Shown here: piece by piece, positions 36,277 through 46,240 of the stretch | How the letters are laid out: each line of letters opens with the position of its first letter | Numbering within the stretch: the stretch's first letter is position 1 | From: Polyangiales bacterium | Lineage (GTDB): Bacteria; Myxococcota_A; Polyangia; Polyangiales; Polyangiaceae | Assembly: GCA_038324055.1 (NCBI GenBank) | Contig: JBBQHO010000001.1 | Span: 1 to 59,037 of the forward strand | Direction of reading: 5' to 3' | Length of the DNA: 59,037 nt | Notes under the pieces: model-generated | What the model saw: the letters and a program-made list of their open reading frames with translations, nothing else | What the model was told of the DNA's origin: nothing | Database searches by the model: none | Made by a program: the position numbers and the translations under genes

Positions 36277-37313
36277 AGGGCTTCTTCGAAAGTGTGGCCG
36301 GTGAGGGCACGCGTGAGCCCGATGCCTCGGAGCTGGAGCGCACACTGTGGATGCGCTCTTTGCTGGGCGGCGAGATGCCCCCGGGGTCGGCGGACACGCT
36401 GGCCCAACGCATTCGCGAGAATTTCTTTGCCAAGGGGCAGCATCTCTACCGACAAGGCGACGCATCCGACCGAATCTTCTTCGTGGTTCGCGGCACGGTG
36501 GCGCTCTTGCACCGTGGCATCAAGACCCGCGAGTTCGGTCCGCGTGACGTACTCGGCTTGATCGACGCGCTGCAGAACCGCCCGCACGCTTTCGATGCCT
36601 TGGTGCGCGAAGACGCCGTCGTGCTCGAGCTGGAACTCGACGATTGGCTCGAGTTTCTGGAGGACAGCTTCGAATTCACGCGGGCGATCATTCTGCGCTT
36701 GGCCAGTGGTTTGCCTCCGACTTCCGCTCCTGGGCGGGACCTCAGCCGTCCGACCGCGCAGCTGCGCGCACGCCGCGACGAGCCGCTCCAGCACAGCGGG
36801 GACAGCTACCGCGCTTCGCTGGGCCCTCGCCTTTCGCTCTCGTTCGTCGAACGCTTGGCGATCTTGCGCGCCTGCCCACCGCTCACCGGCTCGGGCATCC
36901 AGGCACTCTCGCGTCTGGCGCGCTTCGCCGAGTTGGTTTTCCTCGAACAAGAGGAGCACCAGATGCTCGTTCCGCCCAATCTCTACGTCGTCGAGTCGGG
37001 TTGCGTGCGCTCCGTCGCGAACGATGACAAGGGCAATACTTGGACGGAACAGATGGGCCCAGGTGGCGCGCTCGGCGGACTCGGCGTCATTCAACCGGGC
37101 CTCTACGACGTCGAGGTGACGGCGCTCGAGCCATCGTCGTTGTTTCGTATTCCTACCGAGCGTTTGTTCGACGTGATGGAAGACCACTTCCCGCTCGCGC
37201 TTTCGTTCTTTGCCCACATTTCGGGCGAAGCCGAAGCCCAGGCGCTCGAACGGAAGAAGGCCTCCGACGCTTCGGCCAGCTCGAGCCTGTCCAATCCTGC
37301 CAGCAGCGAGTGA
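36273..37313 (+). CDS. tandem cyclic-nucleotide-binding (CAP_ED) domain protein with no output domain
   Basis: FAKGQHLYRQGDASDRIFFVVRGTVALL and a second YVVESGCVRSV...GPGGALGGLGV. ATG 36273 overlaps the upstream stop as ATGA. Confidence 0.8.
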   Translation: MKGFFESVAGEGTREPDASELERTLWMRSLLGGEMPPGSADTLAQRIRENFFAKGQHLYRQGDASDRIFFVVRGTVALLHRGIKTREFGPRDVLGLIDALQNRPHAFDALVREDAVVLELELDDWLEFLEDSFEFTRAIILRLASGLPPTSAPGRDLSRPTAQLRARRDEPLQHSGDSYRASLGPRLSLSFVERLAILRACPPLTGSGIQALSRLARFAELVFLEQEEHQMLVPPNLYVVESGCVRSVANDDKGNTWTEQMGPGGALGGLGVIQPGLYDVEVTALEPSSLFRIPTERLFDVMEDHFPLALSFFAHISGEAEAQALERKKASDASASSSLSNPASSE

Positions 37314-37380
37314 CACAGCGCCCCCCCGCAAGCCGCGCCCGGGGGCCCATCGAGACCCGCGTCCTCGGGGCCCGCTGAGA

Positions 37381-39999
37381 TCAGTTGGTCGCCTGAAAAC
37401 GCAAGGTGAGTCGCCGGAGCAACGCTTGACCCGTGGCGCCCTGATCCACGTAGTAGACCTGATTGCCGAGCAGAAGCGGCGCGACCGTTTGCGAAGACGG
37501 ACCTTCGAGCACGACGAGCGGGGCAAGACCGGGCGTTCCGCGGCCTCTCCAACTCAGCCCCCACAGCTCGCCGCGATCACTGACGTCCAAGCTAGCCACG
37601 ATGTGGCACTCCTCTCTATCGCATTCCGCCGAAAAGCCGCGCGCGCGGCCAGGCAGTGGCACTTCGGTGGGTGGAGCAACGAAACGTCCGGCGCCGTCAA
37701 TCTCGGCAAGGAAGAGCGCGCTGGGCGCCTTCTCGGAAGCAGGATCGGCTTCGAGCCAGCCCAGCAACGCCGTGTCGCCTTTGCTGCCGAGAGTAGCGAG
37801 CGCAGGTGAGTGGGAGTGCAGCTCGGTCGCCGCCAGACGGCGCGTGGCGCCGAGAGGTTCGGCTGTCTTTTCGTCCAGGCTCACCATGTGCAGGTCGGCA
37901 AAGCCGGGACGAGAAGAGCCGCGGGCGTCGGACCAGGCGACGACCACCGCTTCGCCGAGTTTTGCGATCGTGACACCAGTGGCTTGTTCGGCGCCGTCGC
38001 TGAGCCGCTGTTCCTTGCCGATGGGTTCGAGCTGGTCGTTGACCAGCGCCGCGTAAACCTCGGCGTTGTCGGAGCGGCCATCCACCCAAGCCACGAGGTA
38101 GCCCGCGGTCGTGGCCACAGCCGCGATGTCGGTCACTTCGCCGCCGGGCCGCTTGTAGATCTTTTGCTTGAGCTTTTTGCCAGCTTCGTCAATCGACGTC
38201 AGGAACAAGTGAGGCTCGGCCGCATCGAGCGCCGACCAACCCAGCAAGCTCGGGCGCCCCGGCGCCGAAGCCAAGCTCACACCGCCCAGCGAGCGCGCGC
38301 GGTAAGAGACGACCGTCTCGCCGCTCACGCCCACGACGCCCTGCTTGTCGTCGTCGATCGACTGGGTCTCGAGCAGCGCGCGCACCGGCGCCATGCGACC
38401 GTCGGGGGCGGGCTTCGTCACCTTCGCTTCGGGCAAGGTCGAATCGAAATAGCTGACCCAAGCGAGCAACGCGCCTTCGCCGCGCGCCCTTCCTCGCAGC
38501 GTCGCCAGCTCGGGCACCTGGCCCACGACCTCTTGCCGCAGCACACGCGGCGTCGGCGCTTGCGTTTCGGCCACGAGCGGCGAAACCAAGCCCCCGGTGC
38601 CCGCCAGGTCGAGCACAAATACTGCTGGATTGTCCCTCCCTTCGGCGCCAAGCGCGAAACAACCCCGTTCGTTGCACTTGGGGTCCCAGACGAGGGTCGC
38701 AGGTTGACGTGTCATTTGAGCCAACTCGAGCGGACTCGTTTGGACCGCCGTGAGTTCGTGGTTGGCGCGCAAGAGCAAGCGCTCGGTCGGAGGGGCATCG
38801 CATTTGCGCCCGATCTCGCAGCGGTGCGATTCGACGAGACCGATCAGGGTCCTCCCGGCCATCGTGAACAGGGGCAAAAGCGATGCGCTACCAGGCGCCG
38901 CCAGGGTTGCGTCGGGTACGTCCACATGACCGTGCGCATCCAGGCGACCGACGAGCAGCGAACGACCGCGGAGCGGCCGCCGCGCCGGTTCTTCCCAGAC
39001 GGCGAAGATGTCGGACGTCTGAGGGCCGCTGACGAGTCGCACCAGTGCTTGTTCGCCACGCGCGGGGGTGAGCGAGTCGACGGCCTCGACCACGCGGAAG
39101 TTCTCGTCGACGACGACGCGGCGCAATCGGTTTTCGAACGTCGTCTTCTCGCTGAAGACAACGACCGTCTGGTGCTGGGAGGAAGCCAAGTCGAGATCGA
39201 GACCGCCGCGAAAGCCATGCGCCAGAGTGAGGGGCGGGCCCTCTGCCTGGGCCTTTTCGGCGAATTTTCGCAACACCACGGTGCGCGAACTGGCAGGGCC
39301 TTCGAGCGTCACCAGCAAGGTCTGGGCGGTTCCGCCCAATTGCCAGGCGCTCACTGCACGCGCGACCCGTTCGGGTCGTCCAGGAGCGCCGCCGGCGCGT
39401 ACCTGCAACGCGTAAATGTCCGCTGCACCGCGCTGCACCTCCGCCCAGAAAACGATCGCGCCGGTCGCTGTCGGACGAGCGTCGGTCCACAAGATCTCGG
39501 TCGGTGTTTCAGCGACGACGTGTGGTCCGGCCGCCAGCTTGCCGTCCCCAGAGATCTCGAGCAGCTCCAGCACTTCTTGACTGCCCGAACGGCGCGTCAG
39601 CAGGGCGAGTACGCCACTAGGACCAAAGTCGGAGAGTTCGAAGGAGCGAAGCCCTTCTGCCGAAGGCGTCAAGCGCATCGATGCGCCCGGCGTGCCCGTG
39701 TAAGGCACAACGAGGCTGTGGACCCCCGGTTGTTCTCCGCGCGGGGCCGCCCAAACGACCAGCCGTGCTTCGGGACGCAGACTGAGATGGGGCCCAAAGG
39801 TGCCTTCACCCATGGTTCCGACCAGCGTGCTGATGATGCCGGACTCCTTCGACTCCTGCTCCTTCTTCGTGGGAACGCGCGCGCTGGGCCGCACCGACAG
39901 AGGCGCGTCACTCGAATGACCCGGACGGCAACCCGACAACGCTGCCAGAACGACGCCCCAGGCCGCGAGACGAGACCAAACGACACGTCGAGAGTTCAC
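37381..39999 (-). CDS. large (~870 aa) lipoprotein with repeated beta-propeller-like units
   Basis: GTG 39999 gives MNSRRVVWSRLAAWGVVLAALSGC (lipobox). The ATG at 40062 is an alternative start. At least 8 recurring hydrophobic-hydrophobic-[AG]-W strands: VVWAAP, IVFWAE, FAVWEE, LLAWVS, LLGWSA, LVAWVD, VVAWSD, LLGWLE. Confidence 0.75.
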   Translation of the reverse strand: MNSRRVVWSRLAAWGVVLAALSGCRPGHSSDAPLSVRPSARVPTKKEQESKESGIISTLVGTMGEGTFGPHLSLRPEARLVVWAAPRGEQPGVHSLVVPYTGTPGASMRLTPSAEGLRSFELSDFGPSGVLALLTRRSGSQEVLELLEISGDGKLAAGPHVVAETPTEILWTDARPTATGAIVFWAEVQRGAADIYALQVRAGGAPGRPERVARAVSAWQLGGTAQTLLVTLEGPASSRTVVLRKFAEKAQAEGPPLTLAHGFRGGLDLDLASSQHQTVVVFSEKTTFENRLRRVVVDENFRVVEAVDSLTPARGEQALVRLVSGPQTSDIFAVWEEPARRPLRGRSLLVGRLDAHGHVDVPDATLAAPGSASLLPLFTMAGRTLIGLVESHRCEIGRKCDAPPTERLLLRANHELTAVQTSPLELAQMTRQPATLVWDPKCNERGCFALGAEGRDNPAVFVLDLAGTGGLVSPLVAETQAPTPRVLRQEVVGQVPELATLRGRARGEGALLAWVSYFDSTLPEAKVTKPAPDGRMAPVRALLETQSIDDDKQGVVGVSGETVVSYRARSLGGVSLASAPGRPSLLGWSALDAAEPHLFLTSIDEAGKKLKQKIYKRPGGEVTDIAAVATTAGYLVAWVDGRSDNAEVYAALVNDQLEPIGKEQRLSDGAEQATGVTIAKLGEAVVVAWSDARGSSRPGFADLHMVSLDEKTAEPLGATRRLAATELHSHSPALATLGSKGDTALLGWLEADPASEKAPSALFLAEIDGAGRFVAPPTEVPLPGRARGFSAECDREECHIVASLDVSDRGELWGLSWRGRGTPGLAPLVVLEGPSSQTVAPLLLGNQVYYVDQGATGQALLRRLTLRFQATN

Positions 40000-40091
40000 C
40001 GCGCGACCGTAGGCGAGCCCGCGTACCCTGTACAAGTGGCCGCTTCGCGTCGCCAAAGCCAACCGGACCTCCTAGGCTCGACACCAGCCTC

Positions 40092-41729
40092 GTGACCCTG
40101 CGTCTTCGCCTCTTGCTCGCCACGTTCGTGCTCAGTCTGACCACGACGGTCGTCCTCGCCTGGGGGGTGCGCACCGCCTGGCGCGGTGCGGAACTAGAAC
40201 GTTTCGATCAGGAATTTCAGGCCGCTACGTCCGAACTCGAGGACGAACTTTCCAAGGCTGCGACCGAGAAGCAGAAGCTCTTCGAGCCGCTGTGCGCCCA
40301 CGAACCCCTCGTCGACAGCGCGCTGATCGGCCTGTCAGCGGGTGACCTGTCGTCGCGACTGCTCCCGCTTCGACTCCGTGTCCCCGAACTGCAAAAGGCC
40401 CTCGGTCTCGACGAGCTGGCACTGATCGCCGACGACGGCGAGATCCTGGCGGGCGAAGTGCCGACCCGACCTCCAGGGGGAGAAAAGGCGCTCGGCGAGC
40501 TGGTCGAACGGCGCGCGACAAGCCCGGGCCTGCGAGAAGACGGGGAGGCGGCGTTCGCCATCGCCTGCGTCAAGAAGAGCGGGGGTCGGTGGGTAGGATT
40601 GCTCGGAGCCCAACACCTCGCCGGTTATTTGACTGCGGCGCGAGCCCGCTACGGACTCGAACTCAGCTGGCAAGGTCCGAGTGAACAGACCACAAAATCG
40701 GGTGACTCGCTGATGCAGCGGGCGCTTTCGAGCCCGGCCCTTGGCGAGCGCGTCCTGCTGGCTTCGCGCAGTCGTCTGGCACTCAGCGACGCGGTACAGA
40801 ATCTCGACCTCCGCGTGGTCGTCATCTCGCTCATCGCGCTCGGCCTCGCCTCGATCATCGCCGTCTGGTTGAGCCGAGGTTTGGCGGGCCCGGTCGTCGC
40901 CTTCGCCGAGCGCGCTCGCGCTGCCGTTTCCGGGACGCCCGAACCCCTGCCGCTTTCCGGCGGACCCGAGCTCGAACAGGCAGCCCACGCTTTCAATCAG
41001 ACCTTGGCCGACCTGAGTGCACTCCGCGATCGCCTGGCCATCACCGAACGCATCGCTGCTCGGCGCGAAGTCGCGCGCCAAATCGCCCACGAAATCCGCA
41101 ATCCGCTTTCACCCATCCGCAGCGCCATCGAGACGCTGCGGCGTCTCAAGAGCCGCGGCGCGCCCGAATTCGAGGAGTACTTCGACGAAGCCACCCGTAC
41201 CGTCCTGGGCGAGGTCGCGCGCATCAACGATCTCGTTCGTTCGTTCAGCGAGTACGCTAGCCTGCCGAGTCCGCGCCCGAGTGAGTTCGATTTGAGCCTC
41301 CTCTGTCGCGAGCTGGTGTCGCTGCATCAGACAGCGAACGTGGCGCTGCTGTTGGATACTCCAGGTCCGCTGCCGATTGTGGCCGACCGTGCGCAGCTGA
41401 CTCAGGTGCTGACGAATCTCATCAAGAACGGCATCGAAGCAACCAGTGAAATCGCCGACGCCGAAGTCCGAGTCAGCGTCCGCGCGAATGGCGTGGGCCG
41501 GGTCGAAGTCTGCGTGAGCGACAATGGGCCGGGTGTGCCCGACGAGTTATCGGCGCGCCTGTTCGAACCCTACCTGACGACCAAGGCTGGCGGCACCGGA
41601 CTTGGTCTTCCCATCTCACAGCGGATCGCCGTCGAGCATGGTGGAGATTTGCGGCTTCTGCCTGGGGTAGGCCGAGGTGCGACCTTCGCTCTCTTGCTGC
41701 CCGAACGCGGGCCGACCACTTCGATATGA
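40092..41729 (+). CDS. sensor histidine kinase (NtrY/AtoS-like: 2 TM, HAMP, HisKA, HATPase_c)
   Basis: H-box QIAHEIRNPLSPI, N-box LTNLIKNGIEA and G-boxes DNGPGV, GGTGLGLPISQRI. GTG start. Confidence 0.9.
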   Translation: MTLRLRLLLATFVLSLTTTVVLAWGVRTAWRGAELERFDQEFQAATSELEDELSKAATEKQKLFEPLCAHEPLVDSALIGLSAGDLSSRLLPLRLRVPELQKALGLDELALIADDGEILAGEVPTRPPGGEKALGELVERRATSPGLREDGEAAFAIACVKKSGGRWVGLLGAQHLAGYLTAARARYGLELSWQGPSEQTTKSGDSLMQRALSSPALGERVLLASRSRLALSDAVQNLDLRVVVISLIALGLASIIAVWLSRGLAGPVVAFAERARAAVSGTPEPLPLSGGPELEQAAHAFNQTLADLSALRDRLAITERIAARREVARQIAHEIRNPLSPIRSAIETLRRLKSRGAPEFEEYFDEATRTVLGEVARINDLVRSFSEYASLPSPRPSEFDLSLLCRELVSLHQTANVALLLDTPGPLPIVADRAQLTQVLTNLIKNGIEATSEIADAEVRVSVRANGVGRVEVCVSDNGPGVPDELSARLFEPYLTTKAGGTGLGLPISQRIAVEHGGDLRLLPGVGRGATFALLLPERGPTTSI

Positions 41730-41860
41730 ACCCCAGGGCCATTCCGAGGCTGGAGGCGCTGTTTTTGCGCTCAGGCGGGCCGGGGCCTTTCGTCGCCCGG
41801 CGAGCAGCCGTTCCAATGAGGCCCGTGCATGACTAGTCTGACGGACTCGAGGCCTCTCTG

Positions 41861-43468
41861 ATGAATGGTGTGACCCAGAAGCAAGTCGTTGCCGCCGCCG
41901 TTGCGGTCCTTCCGCCACTGGTCTGGGGCTGGCGCATCGGGCAGACGCCCGAGGGCCTCCTGGTCGCTGGTATCTCTGGCGCGTTGGTTTTCTTCGCCTC
42001 CGGAGGCACCGATAGCGCACCGTGGAATCAGCTGCGCCTGGCGGTTCGCCGGGTCGGGCAGAAAAAGACGTTCTCGCGCCCCGAGGGCGCGCCCGACTTC
42101 GTTCAAGCCGTCTACGACGAGCTGGACGAAGTGAAGGACGCACTCGAAGTACCAAGCGGCGGGGCGAGTACAGGCTCACGGAACGCCCAAGAGTTGGTCG
42201 ACCTTGCCAGGCGGCTCGAAGACAGTCTCGGCCTGCTCAAGGGAACAATCCTCGAGCAAGAGGGCGCAGGCGACGAAGTCCGGCGCGCCGTGGAGCGCGC
42301 ACAGAAAAGCTTGGCGCGCCTGTCCGAGCACGTCGACACGCTGGCCGTGAGCGCCGACGAATCGAGTTCGTCCATCCTGGAGATGTCCGCCACCAACGAC
42401 GAAGTGGCAGAAAACATCACCGAGTTGACCTCCAGCGTGCGAGACATGGTCTCGTCGATCGAAGAGATGGCGTTCTCGATTCGCGAGGTGGCCACCAACA
42501 TCGACGCACTGTCGCTGACTGCCGAAGAGACCAGCTCGAGCATGAACGAGATGGACGTCTCCATCGACCAGGTACAGTCGAACGCCAACGAGACGGCACG
42601 CTTGTCCGAAGAAGTGGCACGCGACGCTGAACTGGGCGCTGAGGCCATTCTCAAGACGATGGGCGAAATCTATCGCATCAAAGAGAGCAGCCAGGAGGCG
42701 CTTGGCGTCATCAACAACCTGGGCTCACGCATCGAGGCCATCGGCGAGATCTTGAACGTCATCGACGACGTGGCCGAGCAAACCAACTTGCTGGCGCTCA
42801 ACGCCGCTATCATCGCGGCCCAGGCCGGCGAGCACGGCAAGGGCTTCGCCGTAGTGGCCGATGAAATCAAGGACTTGGCCGAGCGCGCGGGGGCCAGCAC
42901 CAAGGAAATCGCCGAACTGATCAAGACGATTCAGTCGGAGAGCAAGAACGCCATCAACGCCGTTGAGCAGGGCGCCGAAAACGTCGATCGCGGCGTGGAA
43001 GTGTCCAACGAAGCCGAACGCGCGCTCAAGAAGATCCTCGAGAGCTCGCAGAAGAGCACCAATATGGTGCGCGCCATCGCTCGCGCCACGGTCGAGCAGG
43101 CCAAGGGCAGCCGCCAAGTCACCGACGCCATCAGCCGCATCGCCGAGACGGTTCAGCAGATCGCTGCCGCGACCGCTCAGCAGGCGCGTGGCTCCGAGCT
43201 GATCATGAAGAGCGGCGAGAAGATGCGCACCATCAGCCAGCAAGTGGAGCGCTCGACTCAAGAGCAAACGCGCGGCGGCAAGCAAATTGCCCAGGCCATC
43301 GAGTCGATCAGCGGAATGGTGAGCGAATTGAACCAGGCCCAGCGCAACCACGCCGAGGGTTCGAAAGAGGCCCTTTCCGGCGTCGAACGCATGTCGACCG
43401 CAGCCGAAACGCAAAAGCGCGCCCTGGGCGACGTGCTCGACATCGCGCGCGATATCAAGAAGAGCTGA
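41861..43468 (+). CDS. methyl-accepting chemotaxis protein (short N-terminal membrane anchor, no periplasmic sensor domain)
   Basis: The highly conserved hairpin tip [38 protein letters not shown], with heptad-repeat flanks. Confidence 0.9.
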   Translation: MNGVTQKQVVAAAVAVLPPLVWGWRIGQTPEGLLVAGISGALVFFASGGTDSAPWNQLRLAVRRVGQKKTFSRPEGAPDFVQAVYDELDEVKDALEVPSGGASTGSRNAQELVDLARRLEDSLGLLKGTILEQEGAGDEVRRAVERAQKSLARLSEHVDTLAVSADESSSSILEMSATNDEVAENITELTSSVRDMVSSIEEMAFSIREVATNIDALSLTAEETSSSMNEMDVSIDQVQSNANETARLSEEVARDAELGAEAILKTMGEIYRIKESSQEALGVINNLGSRIEAIGEILNVIDDVAEQTNLLALNAAIIAAQAGEHGKGFAVVADEIKDLAERAGASTKEIAELIKTIQSESKNAINAVEQGAENVDRGVEVSNEAERALKKILESSQKSTNMVRAIARATVEQAKGSRQVTDAISRIAETVQQIAAATAQQARGSELIMKSGEKMRTISQQVERSTQEQTRGGKQIAQAIESISGMVSELNQAQRNHAEGSKEALSGVERMSTAAETQKRALGDVLDIARDIKKS

Positions 43469-43482
43469 GGCCGGGGCACACG

Positions 43483-45030
43483 CTAGCGGCAGCCTGAGCC
43501 AACCCGGGCAACCACTGTCTGATCGCCTGCAGGTACATCGAGCGGCAGGAGCACGTGCCCATCGAAGTCGCCGTTCGAATCCGTGGCCACTGAGCCCAAC
43601 GGGCGCACGCCGAGAGGCGTGACCAGCTCGAGATCGACGCGCGAAGCTTCGCAGGCGCGACCGCCGCGGGCCGCGTGCCCGCGCACACCCAGCAACGCGC
43701 CGCGGCGCATTTGGGCGCGATCGAGTTGGAGAGTCACGGCGGGAGTGAGCTGTCCTGGTGGCCCAAAAACTAGCGCTGAACCGTGGGGAGCCATGCGCGG
43801 CGCCCGTCCCGTCGGCGAAAGCGCGGACGGCCACGAAGTAGAATGAGTCTGCGGTTGACTGCGTGCGGCCAGGCTAGAGCCACTTTGGCTGCCTGCTGGC
43901 CAAGCAAACGGATCGGCCGGCGGCCGATACAGAGGGACGTTGGTGGGTGGGCGCGTTTCCTCGATGTCGCTGGGCGCGCCACCGAGGTCGAGACGGTGCC
44001 AGACACTGCCATCGTGCACTTCGACCCAAGCGTGCGCTTCGTTGTGAACGAGGCGTGTCGGCAACCCCAGAGCGAGCGCCGTCAGCAGGAAAGCGTAAGC
44101 GCGATGGCGACACACGCCTTTCTTGGTGAGAGCGAGTTCGACGTAAAGTTCGGCCGTGTTCGTGGCCGTGGGTAGCTCTACGCTGGCTTCGAAACTGCGA
44201 AAATGCGCAACCAACCTGTCGAGAACCGCTGCAGGAGCTTCGTTGGTCGTCAGGCCCAGAGCTGCGGTGACTCGCCCCGCTGCCGCCCGCGCTTCGTCGG
44301 GCAGTTGCACCAGCTGGGGGCGCAAGTCGGCGAAGGTCTTGCCCGCGAAGCCGGAGACGAAGGCGTGCTCGGGTAAGCCGAGCTGGACGACGACGTGGAC
44401 GCGCTCGGTGCGATCGCTGCGCGCAAACCAGTTCTCGGCGCTGTCCTTCATCACCTCGAGGGTGACCGCTGGCTTGGTCGACAGCGAAATGAGCCGCGCC
44501 CCGGCGCCAACTGTGGGCAACCGCACCGCTTGGCCTTTCTGCAGATCGAGTTCGTAGTCACCGAAGAACGCGGCCTCACCCGACTGGACGCTGCCGTTCG
44601 CGACCACGCGCCGCAACGCCGCATCCTTGACCCCCAAAGTCAGATCGGCGTGCACCTCGTCGAACGCGTACAGACGCTTGAAAGGCAGGACGGAGGGTCG
44701 AAACGGTTCGTCGTAAGGCACACGCGCAGGAGCCGTCGTGAGCCGATCGATACGGTAGCTCGCGTCTACGCTGCTGGGCGTCTTGTTGCCGCCGTAGCTC
44801 ACGGCCCGACTCGGATCGGCAGCCGTCTCGGGTGGCGCTCCGACCACGCCGCTGGGCGTGTCGAGCGCGGCGGGCAGCTCGCCATTCGGCGTCGTGGCAC
44901 CGAGACGCAGGTCTTCGGCGGGGTCGGGTTCGAAGTACTCGTGCAGGATGGGTAGGGCCAGGAGCGGTCCGGCGAGGCACAGCCCAAGCCCGACGACGCC
45001 CAACGCGACCAGCCTGGGCCTCGGCATCAT
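43483..45030 (-). CDS. transglutaminase-like cysteine protease-fold protein, membrane anchored
   Basis: Core GVCRHRAYAF....LGLPTRLV.NEAHAWVEV.DG..WHRLDLGG (Cys-His-Asp). N-terminal TM segment LVALGVVGLGLCLAGPLL. The ATG at 45087 would overlap the divergent gene. Confidence 0.85.
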   Translation of the reverse strand: MMPRPRLVALGVVGLGLCLAGPLLALPILHEYFEPDPAEDLRLGATTPNGELPAALDTPSGVVGAPPETAADPSRAVSYGGNKTPSSVDASYRIDRLTTAPARVPYDEPFRPSVLPFKRLYAFDEVHADLTLGVKDAALRRVVANGSVQSGEAAFFGDYELDLQKGQAVRLPTVGAGARLISLSTKPAVTLEVMKDSAENWFARSDRTERVHVVVQLGLPEHAFVSGFAGKTFADLRPQLVQLPDEARAAAGRVTAALGLTTNEAPAAVLDRLVAHFRSFEASVELPTATNTAELYVELALTKKGVCRHRAYAFLLTALALGLPTRLVHNEAHAWVEVHDGSVWHRLDLGGAPSDIEETRPPTNVPLYRPPADPFAWPAGSQSGSSLAARSQPQTHSTSWPSALSPTGRAPRMAPHGSALVFGPPGQLTPAVTLQLDRAQMRRGALLGVRGHAARGGRACEASRVDLELVTPLGVRPLGSVATDSNGDFDGHVLLPLDVPAGDQTVVARVGSGCR

Positions 45031-45086
45031 CTTGCGCGGCTCGTCCACTGGTTCTCCACTCGGACCACTGCCTATAGTACTCCCCA

Positions 45087-46238
45087 ATGACCGGATGGGA
45101 CGAGGAGGAACTTCGCCGAGTCGTAGACGGCTTTCCCAAGCCGCTTCTCGATCTCGTGGAGCGACATCATTTCGATCGCGAGCGTTGGCTCGCGCAGGGA
45201 AAGCAGTTGGCGAGCGGCGCAGCGCCCACGCCTCGAACCGAAGCTGTCGAGCTCCCAGCGCCAGCGGATTTGGTCGACCTCCCGCCGAACGGTAGCCCCG
45301 AGCACGCGCGCTTGAGCGCTCTCGGCCGCAGTGCTCTCGAAGAAGGCCGCTGCGCGTTGATCGTCCTGGCCGGAGGAATGGCCACGCGCATGGGGGGAGT
45401 CGTCAAGGCGCTGGCCGAAGCCGTGCCTGGCCAATCCTTCCTCGATTTGCGGATGGCCGAGCAAGCCAGCTGGACCGAGCGCGTTGGCAAGACACCACCG
45501 CTTTGGCTCATGACGAGTCACGGCACGGACGCCGCCATCAACGATGCTCTCGGCAAGCGCCGCGACGGCAAGAGCCTCGCCACCTTTCCGCAAAGCGTTT
45601 CCTTGCGGTGGACGCCGGACGCCCAGATTTTTCTGGGCAACGACGGGCAGCCCAGCCTCTACGCAGCGGGCCATGGCGATCTGCCAGATGCGCTGGCCCA
45701 GAGCGGCTTGCTCGCCGACTTCGTCGCCCAGGGTGGGCGCTACGTCATGGTGTGCAACATCGACAACCTCGGCGGCGGGCTCGACCCTCTGCTGATCGGC
45801 ATGCATCTGGATGGCGCGGCCCAAGTGAGCTGCGAAGTGGTCGACAAGCTCGCGGGCGATCGCGGTGGCATCCCGGTACGCATCGGACCCCGCACGGTTA
45901 TCCAAGAAGAGTTCCTGCTCCCTGCGTCGTTCGATCCCGAAAAGGTGCGCGTGTTCAACTCGAACACCATGGCTTTCGACGCCGAAGCCTTGCTTGCTCT
46001 GCATTTTTCGTGGAGCTATTTCGAAGTGCACAAGCAAGTCGAAGGACGCGAAGTGGTGCAGTTCGAGCGGTTTATCCACGAAACGACCTTCCAGCTCGCG
46101 ACGCGCTACCTACGCGTTCCGCGCGACGGCAACGCGTCGCGCTTTCTCCCAGTCAAAGACCAAGCCGAACTCGTGACGCGGCGACCGGCCATCGAAGCCC
46201 TGGCTCAGGCCCGCGGCATGCTCCGAAAGAAATCCTGA
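45087..46238 (+). CDS. UDPGP-family nucleotide-sugar pyrophosphorylase (UTP--glucose-1-phosphate uridylyltransferase-like)
   Basis: LIVLAGGMATRMGG.VKAL, the GHGDLPDAL motif and NIDNLGG resemble the UDPGP (eukaryotic-type) family. Confidence 0.8.
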   Translation: MTGWDEEELRRVVDGFPKPLLDLVERHHFDRERWLAQGKQLASGAAPTPRTEAVELPAPADLVDLPPNGSPEHARLSALGRSALEEGRCALIVLAGGMATRMGGVVKALAEAVPGQSFLDLRMAEQASWTERVGKTPPLWLMTSHGTDAAINDALGKRRDGKSLATFPQSVSLRWTPDAQIFLGNDGQPSLYAAGHGDLPDALAQSGLLADFVAQGGRYVMVCNIDNLGGGLDPLLIGMHLDGAAQVSCEVVDKLAGDRGGIPVRIGPRTVIQEEFLLPASFDPEKVRVFNSNTMAFDAEALLALHFSWSYFEVHKQVEGREVVQFERFIHETTFQLATRYLRVPRDGNASRFLPVKDQAELVTRRPAIEALAQARGMLRKKS

Positions 46239-46240
46239 TC

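Noticed and set aside
36174-37526. 450 aa minus-strand ORF antisense to the cNMP-binding gene
   Set aside because: Shadow ORF with Arg-rich composition. The plus strand carries recognisable CAP_ED motifs and ATGA coupling.
37810-40095. 761 aa plus-strand ORF antisense to the large lipoprotein
   Set aside because: A typical high-GC shadow ORF: Arg/Gly/Ala/Pro-rich, with no motifs and no signal or TM logic. The opposite strand has a lipobox start and a repeat structure.
42725-43834. 369 aa minus-strand ORF antisense to the MCP
   Set aside because: The MCP signalling hairpin on the plus strand is unmistakable. The antisense ORF is low-complexity Ala/Arg/Gly/Leu.
45503-46240. N-terminal 246 aa of the 1090 aa ORF 45503..48775
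   Set aside because: It overlaps the well-supported UDPGP gene in another frame and is Arg/Pro/Gly-rich with no domain logic. A clean ATG with a signal peptide at 46241, 2 nt after the UDPGP stop, explains the real gene (sppA).
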